Assembly (NCBI GenBank): GCA_964016885.1
Contig: OZ024742.1
Coordinates: 187,426,001-187,490,000 of the forward strand
Reading direction: 5' to 3'
Source of the DNA: Eledone cirrhosa
Taxonomy: Eukaryota
DNA length: 64,000 bases
The notes under the pieces are model-generated. The model worked only from the letters and a program-made list of their open reading frames with translations, was not told the DNA's origin and searched no databases. Both the position numbers and the translations under genes were made by a program. Positions 15,066 to 28,731 of this stretch are shown here, one piece after another. Numbering within the stretch: position 1 is the stretch's first letter; each line of letters starts with the position of its first letter.

Positions 15066-15148
15066 ATAGTAATAATAATAAATTTGAAGACTAAAATCCA
15101 AAAAGGGGTCGATAAGGATAAATATATATCAGATATATAAGAACCGTA
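15066..15148 (-). mobile_element. Family D tail fragment
   Basis: AATAAATTTGAAGACTAAAATCCAAA..GATAAGGATAAAT..AAGAACCGTAG matches 22653-22733 and the reverse complement of 60635-60716. Confidence 0.75.
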
Positions 15149-15149
15149 G

Positions 15150-15193
<44 letters not shown>

Positions 15194-15276
15194 GAGTTTT
15201 CCAAGAGATGACAAAATGAATGGAGCTGTTATTTTTTTAAGATATCTCCCAATTCCACCCCTAATCTCTCATTCTT

Positions 15277-15312
15277 TCTTCTGATGAATGACTAGCATCC
15301 GAAACGTTAAGA
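15277..15312 (+). ncRNA. Minimal type I hammerhead motif in a Penelope-like terminus (~15193-15400)
   Basis: TCTT-CTGATGA-ATGACTAGCATCC-GAAAC-GTT-AAGA; stem I TCTT/AAGA, palindromic AACGTT stem III, stem II weakened. Confidence 0.6.
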
Positions 15313-15504
15313 CCCTCTTGGTGCTATTTCAATCTTTAACCTAATATATTTCTTCCATATACTGTACCGACCGTTTTGTTATTTATGTTTACCTTTTTAT
15401 ACATATATATATATCGACAGTCGATCGACTTTCGTCAAATCGGACCGAGGAAACAATGTTTCCGTTGGTCTTTCCAATTGCTAGTACTCTCTATCGGTCG
15501 CAAC

Positions 15505-15630
15505 TCCAGGTAGAAGGAGCAACGTGAAATAAAGTGTCTTGCTCAAGGACATAACGCATCGCCCGGTCCGGGGATCGAACTTACAACCTCACGATTAGGA
15601 ATCCAATTCTCTAACCACTCGGCCACACAT
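15505..15630 (-). mobile_element. tRNA-head/CORE-like SINE fragment
   Basis: Reverse complement reads TGGCCGAGTGGTTAG...GTTCGATCCC...GTCCTTGAGCAAGACACTTTATTTCAC; relatives at ~44690-44800, ~45565-45700 and ~46870-47025. Confidence 0.7.
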
Positions 15631-15633
15631 AAT

Positions 15634-15718
15634 GAAAACTTCCTTGTAGAGTGCTGTTAATCTATTGTAAAACTATATTCATTGAGTAATCAATGAACCA
15701 TATTAATTTTTGGTTATA
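15634..15718 (+). mobile_element. Family C tail fragment ending in (TA)n
   Basis: Reverse complement of 16288-16372. Confidence 0.75.
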
Positions 15719-16287
15719 TATATATATATATATATATATTTAGAAACACACAGATACATGCGGACACACACATATATACATGAATGCATCCGCACCCAAC
15801 TGTGAGTTAAGGGTGCCAACTTCACCGATGTTGCTCAATGAATGACTGGGACAGACCAATTCAGTTTGAACCAGACTGAACCAGTATCAGAGTTAAAAAT
15901 ACATTATGAAGAGAGAAGAAACATTTAGATATAATTAGTAATAAAATGTATCATACCTAAACTGTTCCTAAATTCCTCGACTACGTAGTTTCGTGGCATA
16001 AACAAAAACAATATATCAAAGACATAGAGTCCTTGCGAGGTCTGCCGACTTATCAAGAGGATACCTCATTTTACTAGTCTCAAGAACGCGTCTACACGAC
16101 GTGAGAAAGAATCCCAAAAGGCGGAGGGGGAGACAGTCACGCGATACAACGGTCGAGAAACAGAGCTAAGCCTCTTATAACCACGAAGAAAATACCACGG
16201 AGGCGGAGGGGGTATTCATATCGAGGCCGTAGAAGAGGTAGTGAAGAAGGCGAGAAGTATGAGTAATGGAAGCTTTCCAGTTGTCCA

Positions 16288-16757
16288 TATAACCAAAAAT
16301 TAATATGGTTCATTGATTACTCAATGAATATAGTTTTACAATAGATTAACAGCACTCTACAAGGAAGTTTTCTGGAGTTATTAATATTATTCAAAATATT
16401 AATGAAGACATTCACATAAATCAAAATATATGTTTTATTATATATATTTCGAAGGTATTGTGCTGTTTTTTTAGTACGTCTCCTCGTCAGATAAAATACA
16501 TGAATTGATGTATGAAACACCTCAACGGTCTTGATGGTTCAATTCCAGTATTGGCAGTCTACTGTACTCCTAATACTGTCTCCAGTACTGCCAATACTGG
16601 AATTGAACCATCAAGACCGTTGAGGTATGTCATACATCAATTCATGTATTTTATCTGACGAGGACGTACTGAAAAAAAAACAGCACAGTACCTTCCAATT
16701 ATATATAATAAAACATATATTTTGATTATGCGAATGTCTTCATTTATTAATATTTTG

Positions 16758-16764
<7 letters not shown>
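16288..16764 (-). mobile_element. Fold-back element family C (tail 16288-16384; arms ~16385-16558/16587-16764)
   Basis: ~175-bp inverted arms, 28-bp spacer; hammerhead motif in both arms (CTGACGA...TACCTTCGAAAT), each slightly mutated. Confidence 0.8.
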
Positions 16765-16791
<27 letters not shown>

Positions 16792-17492
16792 TAAGAGTAG
16801 TTAAAACGGGTTTGCTTCACCATAATTGCTTTATTTCATGATATACATCTCTGTTACATGATTATGCATGTGACTAAATCAGATGCTTATACAATCATAG
16901 GTCTCAGTAAACAATCATGGGGATATGTTGCTGGTCACCTATTTCCATCCAGTTGTGATGTGAGAGAGCTTTCAAATGGAGTCGATCAAATAACGCCCAA
17001 AATCCTCGCACCCATTGTCTACCAAGTGCCCATTCCCACATCCCAAATATAACTCCTTTTCAGAGATACATGAAAATATCGATCTCTTGCCATTTTCCAC
17101 AGATATTAATAATTACATACATTAACAGACATGCATATATACTGATATTCATCTATATGCACATGTACATTAATTTATCTATATACATATTTCCATTAAT
17201 GTATTTGATTATATCACATTATAAGGCCGGTGGATTGACAGAATCTGTTGAGCGTCGGAGAGCATGCTCTGCGGTGCAAAGTTACGACCATTTACGTTCC
17301 TATGTTAGCGTTGCCTTTCATATTTAGGTGGTCGATGATATAAAGTACCATACCAGCAACGTAATGGGGACGATTTAATCGACTTTCCTCTTTGCTTCAA
17401 CTTGCTAGCTTTGGGCCAAAAGTAGAAACAATTATATAACAGTAAAAACATACGTAAATATATTAAATATATGTATAAATGTCGTTATTTAC

Positions 17493-18557
17493 TAATTGAT
17501 TCTACTTTTGGCACAAGGCCAGCAATCAGCGCAGTGCATTACTGGTGCTGTATTTTATGAACCCCGTAAGAATGAAAGGCAAAGCTAAACTCGGCGGTAT
17601 TTGACTCAGACCGTAAAGGGACGTATCTTTATGTTGCAAAGCATGTTGTCCGATGCTCTACCGATTTTACCAATCCATCACCACTTAATAATTGGTTCTA
17701 TTTTTGGCACAAGGCCAGCAATTACCCCAGTGCATTACAGGTACTTTCTTTCATCGACCCCGTAAGGATGAAAGGCAAAGTTAACCTCGGCGGGATTTGA
17801 ACTCAGAACGTCTCTATAACTTTATGTTTCAAAGCATGGCGTCTGACGCTTAGTCGGTATTCTTCCATAATTTATCTCATTGAAAAAATCCTAAAAAAAT
17901 AACGTTCAACTTATTAACATTACTGACGAGGCTTACAGAGGAACTACATATTACTCACAATATTACCTGGACAGCAAACAAACAAGCACAAATGTTGTTA
18001 ATGGTTCTGCATATTTATTCCTGGTATTCATTTATTGTCGGCCATATTCCTGCTTTATGATCCATAAAGGAATTTAATTTGAATATGATAGTAAAATAAA
18101 TAATAAATCAGTGAATAATAATAATTGTTTCTACTTTTGGCACAAGGCCAGCTTTACCCCAGTGTATTACTGGTACTTTATTTAACCGACCCCGTAAGGA
18201 TGAAAGGCAAAGTTAACCTCGGCGGGATTTGAACTCAGAATGGCAAGGGCCGTAAATCAATGCGTTAAAGCATGGCGTCCGTCCCTCTACCGATACTGCG
18301 AATCATAATAATAATAATTGTTGTTTCTACTTTTTGGCACAAGGCCAGCTATCACCCAGTGCATTACTGGTACTTTATTTTATCGACCCCGTAAGGATGA
18401 AAGGCAAAGTTAACCTCGGCGGGATTTGAACTCAGAATGGCAAGGGCCGTAACTCAATGCGTCAAAGCATGGCGTCCGACCTTCTACCGATACTGCGAAT
18501 CATAATAATAATAATTGTTTCTACTTTTGGCACAAGGCCAGCAATTACCCAGTGCAT
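17493..18557 (-). mobile_element. Cluster and head-to-tail array of the (ATT)-tailed SINE
   Basis: Copies at ~17493-17685, 17687-17855, 18114-18305, 18306-18503 and 18504-18557 (truncated), separated by (AAT)n; an older + copy lies at ~17225-17435. Confidence 0.9.
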
Positions 18558-18700
18558 TTGAAAAATTGAGCAAGTATAAGGACCTGAAGATAGAAATTGG
18601 AAAAATGTGGAAATTGAGAACTAAAAGAAGCCCAGTGGCTGTAGGCGCTCTAGGAATGATACCTAAGGGGTCTAATGATTACTTATCGGAAATTCCTGAT
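18557..18700 (+). pseudogene. R4/Dong-clade non-LTR retrotransposon restriction-like endonuclease fragment
   Basis: EKLSKYKDLKIEIGKMWKLRTKRSPVAVGALGMIPKG fits the RLE C-terminal pattern EKxxKYxDL...W....P(V/I)xxGALG. Confidence 0.75.
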
Positions 18701-19860
18701 CTTAACATTCTCGGGCCTGATCTGGAGAAGTATCTCCAGGTCAACCCCGGACCAGTCCTCTCTGGCAGTTCTTGTCACTTCTATCGGGACGGTATCCGTC
18801 CTCTCCACAATCACACATCCCAGAATCCACCACATGTCAAGTCGTGTTGGAATTCTGGGAATGCGGAGACGGGCAGTTCTTTTTCCCATGTGGGAGGGGT
18901 ACATTATGACCTTGCTGGTTTTGCAAGGAGTCATAGCGTGTTTCATAGCGAGGGCTTCTGACTTGAACAGCACCGAAATGGTTGCGTACTGTCTGCCCCT
19001 CGCTATGTATTCGATGTCTTCTCTGATGCACCTCTGCGCGACTTCGACATCTGCTTGTGGAATTAAAGCTGCCCTTTTGGTTTGTGCTGAGATGCATCTA
19101 TAATGCACCGTTCTGCGCTCCACTGTTTCAATAGCTTCTACCGGGGCAGTTAAGTTGGCCCAGGTTTGCTCTTGCTTGATGAGCTTCCATGCCTGGGCCA
19201 ACTTTTCATCTTTGTTTGAGAGGTCCATGTTGAAGCATAGCCTCTTTTTTGCTGCTGCCGCAGCAAACGCGTTCTCCTTGTTGTCGTTGGGAGTGTTGTT
19301 GTTGTCGTTGTTCTTGTTGGTGTTGTTGTTATCACTGTCGCTGTTATCATTGTTGTCTTTGGTGCCGCCGTTGTTCTCGATGCAGTTGGTATTGTTGCTG
19401 TTGGTGTTGTCGCTATTTATTTTCATGTTAGTGGTGTTGATATTGTTGTTGCATTTGTCATTTTTTTTGTTATCTGTATTTTGGTTGTCGCTGTTACTGT
19501 CATTTTTTTCAAAATTCTCAGTGTTGTTATCATTGCTGACTTTGTTCACATTGATTGTGGTGGTGTTTGCTGTAGCAATTTCTGTTAATTTCGCCGTAGC
19601 GCTCTTCTCAACCTTTACGTCGTTGTCGCACGACAGCAGACATATCGCTGGGGGGCGTGGCTCAGCCATGATTTGTTTTGTTTTTTTCGATAATTTTGTT
19701 AAAATCTAAAAAAGTGCTAATATTTGGGCCAAAAGGGCCAAATATTATTCTTTCCCCTTCACAGGGCAAAGTCCACAACAACAACAAATTCAATAAATAA
19801 GTTTTGACAGTTAAATAAATAAACTTACGTGAGCGAGCAAAAAGACGTCCGTTCAAACTC
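18700..19860 (-). mobile_element. 5' end (5'UTR plus ORF1/gag-like) of a probable Tx1/L1-clade LINE, 3'-truncated
   Basis: Open 328-aa frame 19669-18683 with an Asn-rich low-complexity N-terminus followed by an RRM-like region (RRTVHYR...ISVLFKSEALA...PSHMGKRTARLRIPRIP); begins directly at a SINE (ATT)n tail. Confidence 0.55.
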
Positions 19861-20268
19861 AATAATAATAATAATAATTGTTTCTACTTTTGGCACAAGG
19901 CCAGCAAGTTACCAATGCATTACTGGTACTTTATTTTATCGACCCCGTAAGGATGAAAGGCAAAGTTAACCTCGGCGAGATTTGAACTCAGATCATAAAG
20001 GGACTCAACTCCATGCTTCAAAACATGGCGTCCAACCCTAATAATGCTTTCAGGTTTAAGCACTAGGCCAGTAAATTTTTTTTTCTGGGGTGAGGGGAGT
20101 CGCTTAAATCGAACCCAGTACATTACTGGTACTTTACATTATCGACCCCTGTAAGGATGAAAGGCAAGGCTAACTTCGGCATGGTTTGAACTCAGAACGT
20201 AAAGCGACATAACTCTATGTCACGAAGCATGGTGCCTGACGCTCTAGCGATTCTGCCGGTTCAACGCC
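19861..20268 (-). mobile_element. Two tandem copies of the (ATT)-tailed SINE
   Basis: Same core GGTACTTTATTTTATCGACCCCGTAAGGATGAAAGGCAAAGTTAACCTCGGCG and reversed B-box; junction near 20040. Confidence 0.9.
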
Positions 20269-20944
20269 CTGTTGCTTTTGTTGTTGTTGTTGTTGTTGTT
20301 GTTTTGTCCAGGTAATATTACGAGTAATATGTACAGTATAGTTTCTCTGTAAATATCATCAGTAATGTTAATAATAAAAATAATGATAAAGAAACTAATA
20401 ATAACAATAATACTAATAATCCCGACTAATGTATTTCTTTCGCTACTTAGGTTGCTATATATTACCGTACATTATTAATGTTTTAAGCATATATATTCAG
20501 ACGTTTTATTCTCTACCTCTGCATTACGCATCATTGCATATGTTAATATTTATGTAAAGATACATATACACATGTCTATGTACGACCATATACAAACACT
20601 AGCACACACGCACATATATACATGTATACATACATATATATGAATATGTATATATGTATATATATATTTATATATATTTGTATGTGTGTATGTATGTGTG
20701 CATATATGATGTATGGACGTATGTATGTATATATGTATGTTTGTAAGTGTCTATGTGTGTATGCATGTGTATACGTATTATATACATGCGTACAAAACAC
20801 ACACATACATACACACACCTATATATATACACATACAATTTTGTGTGCGTACGTATATGTATATATCCTTATTTTTCACTGTTTATTTAAATGAATGTAT
20901 ATATGTGTATGTACATACATGTGTATATACACACACACATATAG

Positions 20945-20975
<31 letters not shown>

Positions 20976-21147
20976 TATACATATAAATATATATATCTAT
21001 ATCTATGTATATATACATATACATATATATATACATATATATATACACATATATACACATATACACACATATATATATATATACATATATACACATATAC
21101 ACATATATATATATACATGTAAGAATGCATTTAAGTGTGTATATATA

Positions 21148-21245
21148 AGAATCTGTTGTGTATACATGAGAATCTGTTGTGTATACATGAGAATCTGTTG
21201 TGTATATATGAGAATCTGTTGTGTATATATGAGAATCTGTTGTAT
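21148..21245. repeat. 21-bp minisatellite, ~4.7 copies
   Basis: AGAATCTGTTGTGTATA(C/T)ATG unit. Confidence 0.95.
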
Positions 21246-21529
21246 CTCAGGAGAATGAAGTCATCGAGAGGCAGAGAAATAGAAACTATTTCCCCCATAT
21301 CCTTATGGATGTAGAGATTCATTCAGAAATCTCAATTCTCAACACATAATGTTATATCTTACTACTTCTATCCTCTTTCCTCTCTCTCACTTTTCGTCTT
21401 GTCTCAATCTTCACTCTTCCTGACCCTCTTTGCTGCTCCTCTCTCTTTCTGTATCTCTCTCTCTTTCCCTACCTCCATCTTCTGCATTTCATTCTTGTAG
21501 CATTTACATGTACACCAGACATAATGTAA

Positions 21530-21578
<49 letters not shown>

Positions 21579-21626
21579 TACATACATCTGCGTGTATGTG
21601 CGTGTGTTTGTAAGTGGCTGCCTTCC

Positions 21627-21691
<65 letters not shown>

Positions 21692-22182
21692 GTCTGTATA
21701 TGTGATGTCTGCCTGTACATATATATATATACATACACAAAGAGAGAGAAACTGAGAAGAAATAGAATTATTGCACACTTAGAAAGATATATTCATACAT
21801 TTTCATTCGTATTCAAAGAAATGAAGCATTACAGTTTACTTCCCAATCTCTACATCACCATATCATAGCTGCAACAAATTCCTTTAGCTATACATTTACT
21901 TTACATTCATAAGTGGTTTGGGTGCCATGTAATAGTAACTTTGCTGAGAATCCTCTATATTTATTACTACTGTCTAGCCAGAGCAAGGATACATTCATTT
22001 AATGTTAAACTTTATAGTAACTGGTAACCAAAATTATATATGTCTCCCTGTCATAAAGGGTAAGACTTACTCCCTTACTGTAAAATTCACCTGTATCATT
22101 AGTATCGAACATATCATATTTACTATTCTTTCCTTTCATTGTATATTGATATATATATATAAAAAAATTATGATTGAAAAAA

Positions 22183-22374
<192 letters not shown>

Positions 22375-22580
22375 TCAATCATAATTTTTTTTATTTGTTT
22401 GACCCGAATCACTTGGTCATTTCTATGGCTGTGCGGATAATGGTTTAACCATCGGCTCAGTGTGTTTGGCCTTTTAACGTATGTTGTAGCTCTGGTTCGT
22501 TAGAATCTATTGAGCGCTTGCCACACATCTCGGAAGTTGTTTTTCGCTAATTTCCAATAGCCGAAATACGATTCTCGCTA

Positions 22581-22639
<59 letters not shown>

Positions 22640-22652
22640 TATATATATATAT

Positions 22653-22830
22653 AGTTATAATAATAAATTTGAAGACTAAAATCCAAAGAGGGCTCGATAA
22701 GGATAAATAGATATCAAATATATAAGAACCGTAGAGCAAATATATATATTAAAATAACAGATTAAACTTTACCAAAGAACCGCTGCTTTCACCCTTAACA
22801 GGATCTTTGCTTAACTTTTGTTATTTTAAT
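22653..22830 (-). mobile_element. Family D terminus with short fold-back
   Basis: Tail plus reversed hammerhead 3' half to 22805, then inverted TTTGCTTAAC..TGTTATTTTAAT running into (TA)n. Confidence 0.75.
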
Positions 22831-22850
22831 ATATATATATATATATATAT

Positions 22851-23372
22851 AGAAAATTGAGGTTGGTAATGGCACATGGAATATATAAGAGACAGAATAC
22901 TTTTTTGTGAAAAAACATATAATTTTATAAGGTAAGAAAATAATAAAGGGTATAAAAAATGACCAGTTTCGATGGGTCTGCAAAAGCCATCTTTTCAAAT
23001 GTTGATTAATATTAAGAAAAATTAATAATACGAAGGGTTAAAATTTGAGATTTGAAAATTCAGAAAGGGACACAGCAGTCAACTTGTTGCTACCTAGATG
23101 AAAACTACTATGAAATCCCACAATGAATTTTATACTTGAATTTTCAAATCTCAAATTTTAACTCTTCGTATTATTAATTTTTCTTAATATTAATCAACAT
23201 TTGAAAAGATGGCTTTTGCAGACCCATCGAAACCGGTCATTTGTTATACCCTTTATTATAAAATTATATGTTTTTTCACAAAAAAGTATTCTGTCTCTTA
23301 TATATTCCATGTGCCATTACCAACCTCAATTTTCTCTATAACCTTCGTTTTGTGTAGAAAATTACACTTTTC
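22851..23372 (+). mobile_element. Fold-back element family E (arms 22851-23062/23137-23335; tail 23336-23372)
   Basis: ~200-bp inverted arms, 74-bp spacer, TA flanks. Confidence 0.8.
23195..23243 (+). ncRNA. Minimal type I hammerhead, U3-A8 core variant
   Basis: CAACAT-TTGAAAA-GATGG(CTTTTGCAGAC)CCATC-GAAAC-CG-GTC-ATTTG; palindromic stem III ACCGGT. Confidence 0.7.
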
Positions 23373-23395
23373 ATATATATATATATATATATATA

Positions 23396-23603
23396 TATTA
23401 TTCAAAATATTAATAAATGAAGACAGTTACATAATCAAAATATATGTTTTATTATATATATATTTCGAAGGTACTGTGCTGTTTTTTCAGTACGTCCTCG
23501 TCAGATAAAATGCATGAATTGATGTATGACATACCTCAACAGTATTGATTGTTCAATTCCAGTATTGGCAGCACTAGAATTGAACCATCAAGGCCGTTGA
23601 TGT
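23396..23603 (-). mobile_element. Family C arm with short fold-back
   Basis: Matches 16386-16558; folds back at ~23572 (ACTAGAATTGAACCATCAAG). Confidence 0.8.
23447..23510 (-). ncRNA. Type I hammerhead, canonical core (family C)
   Basis: Reverse complement TTTTAT-CTGACGA-GGACGTACTG(AAAAAACAGCA)CAGTACCTTC-GAAA-TATATATA-TA-ATAAAA; stem III is an (AT)5 palindrome. Confidence 0.7.
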
Positions 23604-23616
23604 ATCTATCTATCTA

Positions 23617-23760
<144 letters not shown>

Positions 23761-23761
23761 C

Positions 23762-23792
<31 letters not shown>

Positions 23793-23798
23793 CATATA

Positions 23799-23839
<41 letters not shown>

Positions 23840-24059
23840 AATGAATATGCTACTCCCGTTAGATTCTTCTTATATATATATATATATACAATTTGGTACA
23901 AGTTGTGTATGTATACATATAGAAAAAATATTTTCTTCGGAATATAGCCGAATGTATATTGCTATCGTTTATTTTATTGATCCCGAGATATCAACTAAAA
24001 TTCACACACCTCGGTAGAGTTCTGATGGCAGATGGATTGCAATATAGTTTAGTGCTGTT

Positions 24060-24345
24060 CCTCTTGCTGATGATGTTAATGATGATGATAATGGTTGTAG
24101 CGGTGGTCGTGGGTGTGGAGGTAGTTCAGGTTGGGGTGATCACGACCATGATCATGATGCTGGCGGATCTACTGCTGCTGATGATCATGACAACGACGGC
24201 GACGATATTGATGATGGTGAAAATGATGAAAATGGTGATGGTGATTGTGCTCTTGCTGCTGCTACTACTGCTGCTACTTCCTGTTGTTGATGGTGACGAT
24301 GATGATGATGATGATGCTGATGATGATGATGAGGATGATGATGAG
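24060..24345. repeat. Degenerate (GAT)/(GCT)/(GGT) triplet tract
   Basis: Directly visible. Confidence 0.85.
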
Positions 24346-24860
24346 AGATATTCTATCAGTTTCACCGACCACGCCATTTCATATATAACGTTTCAAAATC
24401 ATCGCAAAACTCGTTTCCAAAGAGCAGAAACCTGAACGTAAGTCATGCAAATCTCGCTCAGCTGTGACTTCAATGAGGCCGCTGAATGCATTAGCCATAC
24501 GTACAGCAACCCCTAATTCCCTGTCAAAATCGGATACACCAGCTATATATTGCCAGTCAGAGACCGGGAGACTTATTAGGCTAAAACCTAATCCTGCTTC
24601 ATTGGCGTTAAGCGACTGAGAATACAAGTCATCCCCTGGACCCACTACCAATCCATCGCAGACACAGTCTCCGGTTTTTAGCGACGAGCAATTGACTAAC
24701 AACGTCTAACGTAACAAAGCCTATACTGTCCCCGTTAAACCAGACCACCCACAATAAAACAGACAAACGTTTATGTCTTTCTATGCATAGTATAACTCTC
24801 GCTTTTAATTCTAGTCAAAGTCGGAGTCCCCCTGCCACCCTCTCCCTCTAAGACAGGGAA

Positions 24861-24881
24861 TTACTACTACTACTACTACTG

Positions 24882-24935
<54 letters not shown>

Positions 24936-24978
24936 TTACTACTACTACTACTACTACAGCTACTACTACTACTACTAG
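24861..24978. repeat. (CTA)n microsatellite
   Basis: Directly visible. Confidence 0.95.
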
Positions 24979-25560
24979 TTGTAGCGTGGGCTCCGATGTC
25001 ATTGCAGCAATAGTAGTAATAATATTAACAGTAGCAGTAGTACCAACGACAGAAACATTGTTGTCACTACAAATAGCTAATCAGTTCCGAGAATTTGCCC
25101 CGGTTTTCTAATACGGGTATTTACTTCGTTAAACCCCTTAAGCTCATTATATGATGCAGGTATTTACGTGATTGCAATGTTGAAAAGGAAATGAAAGAAA
25201 ACAACAAAAGACAATAATAAAGCCAAGAGAAAACAAAAGAAGAAAAGACAAAGCAATGAATGGCTGTGTCAACATAGCTAACAGAGTTTAACTATAAAAT
25301 CAATCATCTAACCATATGGTGTTGTATTGTTATCGTCGTCATTGAGCAAAGTAAAGTAGTTAGATACAGCGCTTTTCTTTCTTTTGTGAGTTCCCTGTGG
25401 TTGACGGCTGACAGACGATGTTATCCCCCTCTCTTTCACCTTCTTTTTTTCTCTCTCTCTCTCCCTACCTATTTATCTATCTACCTATATATGTAAAAGG
25501 TAAACAGAAATAACAACACAATCGGTAGAGTATACAGACACACACACACACAGACCACCC

Positions 25561-25652
<92 letters not shown>

Positions 25653-25803
25653 GTATCGGTGTCTATTTATGAAGTCTGAAACTGTGCCGTAAGGAAGATA
25701 AAAACCTCTCCACCTTAAAGTATTTACTTTTCCCTACATGTGTAGTTTATATATATGTACAAATTGTTATCTCTTTCTCAAACAAAATCTCTCTGTCTGT
25801 CCC

Positions 25804-25955
<152 letters not shown>

Positions 25956-26227
25956 TTGAAATGTAGTCACAGTATAAATACTATTTGAGAAAGGAGAGTA
26001 AAATATCTTAGGAGAGGGTAAGAAGTTGACAAATGTACCACCAATATTAACATATTTAGTGACCTTGTGCACACGCACGCACGCACACACACACACACAC
26101 ACACACCACACACACACACTCACACACACACACACACACATATGTATATATATATATATATATTTTTTTTTATATATATATATATATTTTTATATATATT
26201 TTTATATATATATATATATATATATAA

Positions 26228-26285
26228 TGCCCCAGCATGGCCTCAGCCGGATGGCTGAAACAGGTAAAAAAAAGAAAAAAAAAAT
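26228..26285 (+). mobile_element. Short retroposon 3' tail following (TA)n
   Basis: TGCCCCAGCATGGCCTCAGCCGGATGGCTGAAACAGGTAAAA recurs nearly identically at ~63515-63570. Confidence 0.6.
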
Positions 26286-26370
26286 ATGTTAAAGAAGAGA
26301 CTTAAAGGTTATATCATCAAATTGAACGGGTCTTTTCACTTAAGATATGACATTCGCGGAAAAGAAGTAA

Positions 26371-26488
<118 letters not shown>

Positions 26489-26494
26489 TTACTT

Positions 26495-26532
<38 letters not shown>

Positions 26533-26538
26533 TTACTT

Positions 26539-26576
<38 letters not shown>

Positions 26577-26579
26577 TAA

Positions 26580-27340
26580 CTGTGGCATTTTTTAAGTTGG
26601 CATCTATGTCATTAATATATGCCGGAAACAAAAGGCGGCCAAGAACAGATCCCTGTGGTACACCAGTTGACATCTCATATGGTGAGGAATGCTGTCCTAG
26701 AACTTCGACTGAGAATGAAGGACTTCAACCAGTTAAAAAGATCATCCTTCACACCCATTGCAGAGGGTTTTTGCCATAAGTTTCTTGTGTGGAACAGAAT
26801 TGAAAGCTTTAGCAAAGTCAAGGTAAACAACATCCATCAATGAGCTGCCATCAGTTATCCGGGTGATATCTGCAAGAAACTCGATAAGTTGATCACAGCA
26901 GCTGGATTTAGAGATAAATCCAAATTGCGAGTGTCGGATAAGACTGTGAGAGTTCCAGAAGTTCCAAAGCGTTTCTCTGACACAGGACTCCATCAATTTG
27001 GCAATGCAGGTAGTAAGACTGACTGGAGGATAGTTCACAGGTGATGTGTGGTCAGCCTTTTTGAACAGAGGAATGACACTGGCATTTTTCCACTGTTCTG
27101 AAGTAGCACCGTTGTTCAGACATAATTGAAAGAAGCATGATAGCTGGTTCAGTAGGAAGTAGCCCCACGTTTGAGAAACAGGTGCGTAACATCATGAAGA
27201 CGTCGCAGAATTGCAGGTCTAAATTCCATAGTTGTAATAGAATCCGATGTCAGAGGTGGTGGAGACGTTACACTCTGGTCTTCAATAGTGAAGATGCCTG
27301 CATAGCATTCAGCAATGAGATCTGCGCATTCCTTGGGGTC
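26580..27340 (-). pseudogene. CR1-type LINE reverse transcriptase fragment
   Basis: NYPPVSLT...QFGF....SC..QL...DVVYLDFAKAFNSVPH (27038-26742), then [21 protein letters not shown] near 26660-26600; frameshifted. Confidence 0.9.
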
Positions 27341-28731
27341 GTTATAATATAATATAATATTGGTTATATAATCTTAACCAGCAACAAGATAGGTATAAAC
27401 ACACACAGAATAACAAATTGCAATTGCCCAATTACACTTAAATAAAACCAATGAAGGCGCGAGTCTTTGTGCTTATGATGTTTGGCTCTTAGTCGTAAAT
27501 GTTGTGAGATCGGTTTCTGACAGTGTGTTTTTGCGTTCAGCAAGGCACCTTGTTTCAATCCACCCAGCTGACAAAAATGAGTTGTATATGTAATTCAAGA
27601 GTATGTGTGTCTGGGATATGCTCAGTCACTTGCACGTTAATTTCAAGAGCTGTTCCTTTGTTCAAGCAACTGTAAAATTCTTCGTCAAAACCGACGGTGG
27701 TCCCACATATAATGATATGCACAACACAAAAGACTTCATACCAAAGATATTTCAACGGAGATCTTAATCCGCATACTGTCTGTAAGCATATATTACGTTA
27801 AGTACTGACACAGGGAATTTGTGATAAATATATATATATAAATGGAAATAAAACGAGCACATCATTGGAAGAGACCAAGGAATGATTTGAACTCAGAACG
27901 CTATATCCAGTCTGATTCTTCAACCATTCCGTCAACCCACAGCTACTGGAATAGTACGTTATTTGTCGACCCCGAAAGAATGGAGCACAAAATTGATCTC
28001 GATCGGATTTGAGCTCAGGGCTCAGCAAGCTGATACAAATATCAAGGTATTTAATCAGACATTTATAGCCTCCACAATTCGATGGCTGCAATATTCCCTG
28101 ACTAAACCGGAAATCGTATATGCAATGTTAGGTAAAGTATAGACATAGGCAAGATATTTCGAAATATATCTCTGGAAAGCTATAGTGAACATGACTTGTC
28201 AAACCATATTTCATGTTCACTATAATCTGATGTCTTCCAGAAGTTATATAGACATTGTTCTATCTCTGACCTGTCAATAGAAACTATATTTATTGTCAAT
28301 ATAATTCTTGTCTGCGACGGCCATTGAAGCCAGTCGTAATATTTAGGTTGCCTGGAGCTAACTTTATACTCACTATACCTCTCACCAGTATACACTCATT
28401 GTTAAACATTCATAGACACACATACACGTATACATCATGCGACCTTTTTTGTGCTACACATACACACACACAAACACACACATACACAAACACACACACA
28501 TATATATATACATATACATAGAAATATAGGTACGCTATATTTATTATAGTGAGGGATGGGATTATATTCCATATGAATTCAAAACTGAACAAAACATGAA
28601 ACCCAGGTTAGCTTGAGGTTGAGTATAGTTTCTTTTCTTACTTCATTAAATCCTACTTTGAATTAATTTTACTATATTTAAACTTTCCTACGGCTCTACT
28701 ATTAACATCACTGATATGAATAACTAATAAT

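Noticed and set aside
16020-16285. GC-richer purine-rich island
   Set aside because: No ORF, repeat match or structure identified
15634-16372. Inverted pair 15634-15718/16288-16372 as TIRs of one element
   Set aside because: Both are the family C tail in opposite orientations with no TSD; better explained as independent insertions
17493-20268. Regularly repeated units as a CRISPR-like array or tRNA gene cluster
   Set aside because: Units are ~190-bp SINEs with no unique spacers; the heads have Pol III boxes but no complete cloverleaf
24379-24702. 107-aa ORF as a host exon
   Set aside because: Contains TTCATTGGCGTTAAGCGACTGAGA, repeated at 44585 and reversed near 45770 and 45860; likely a SINE relic
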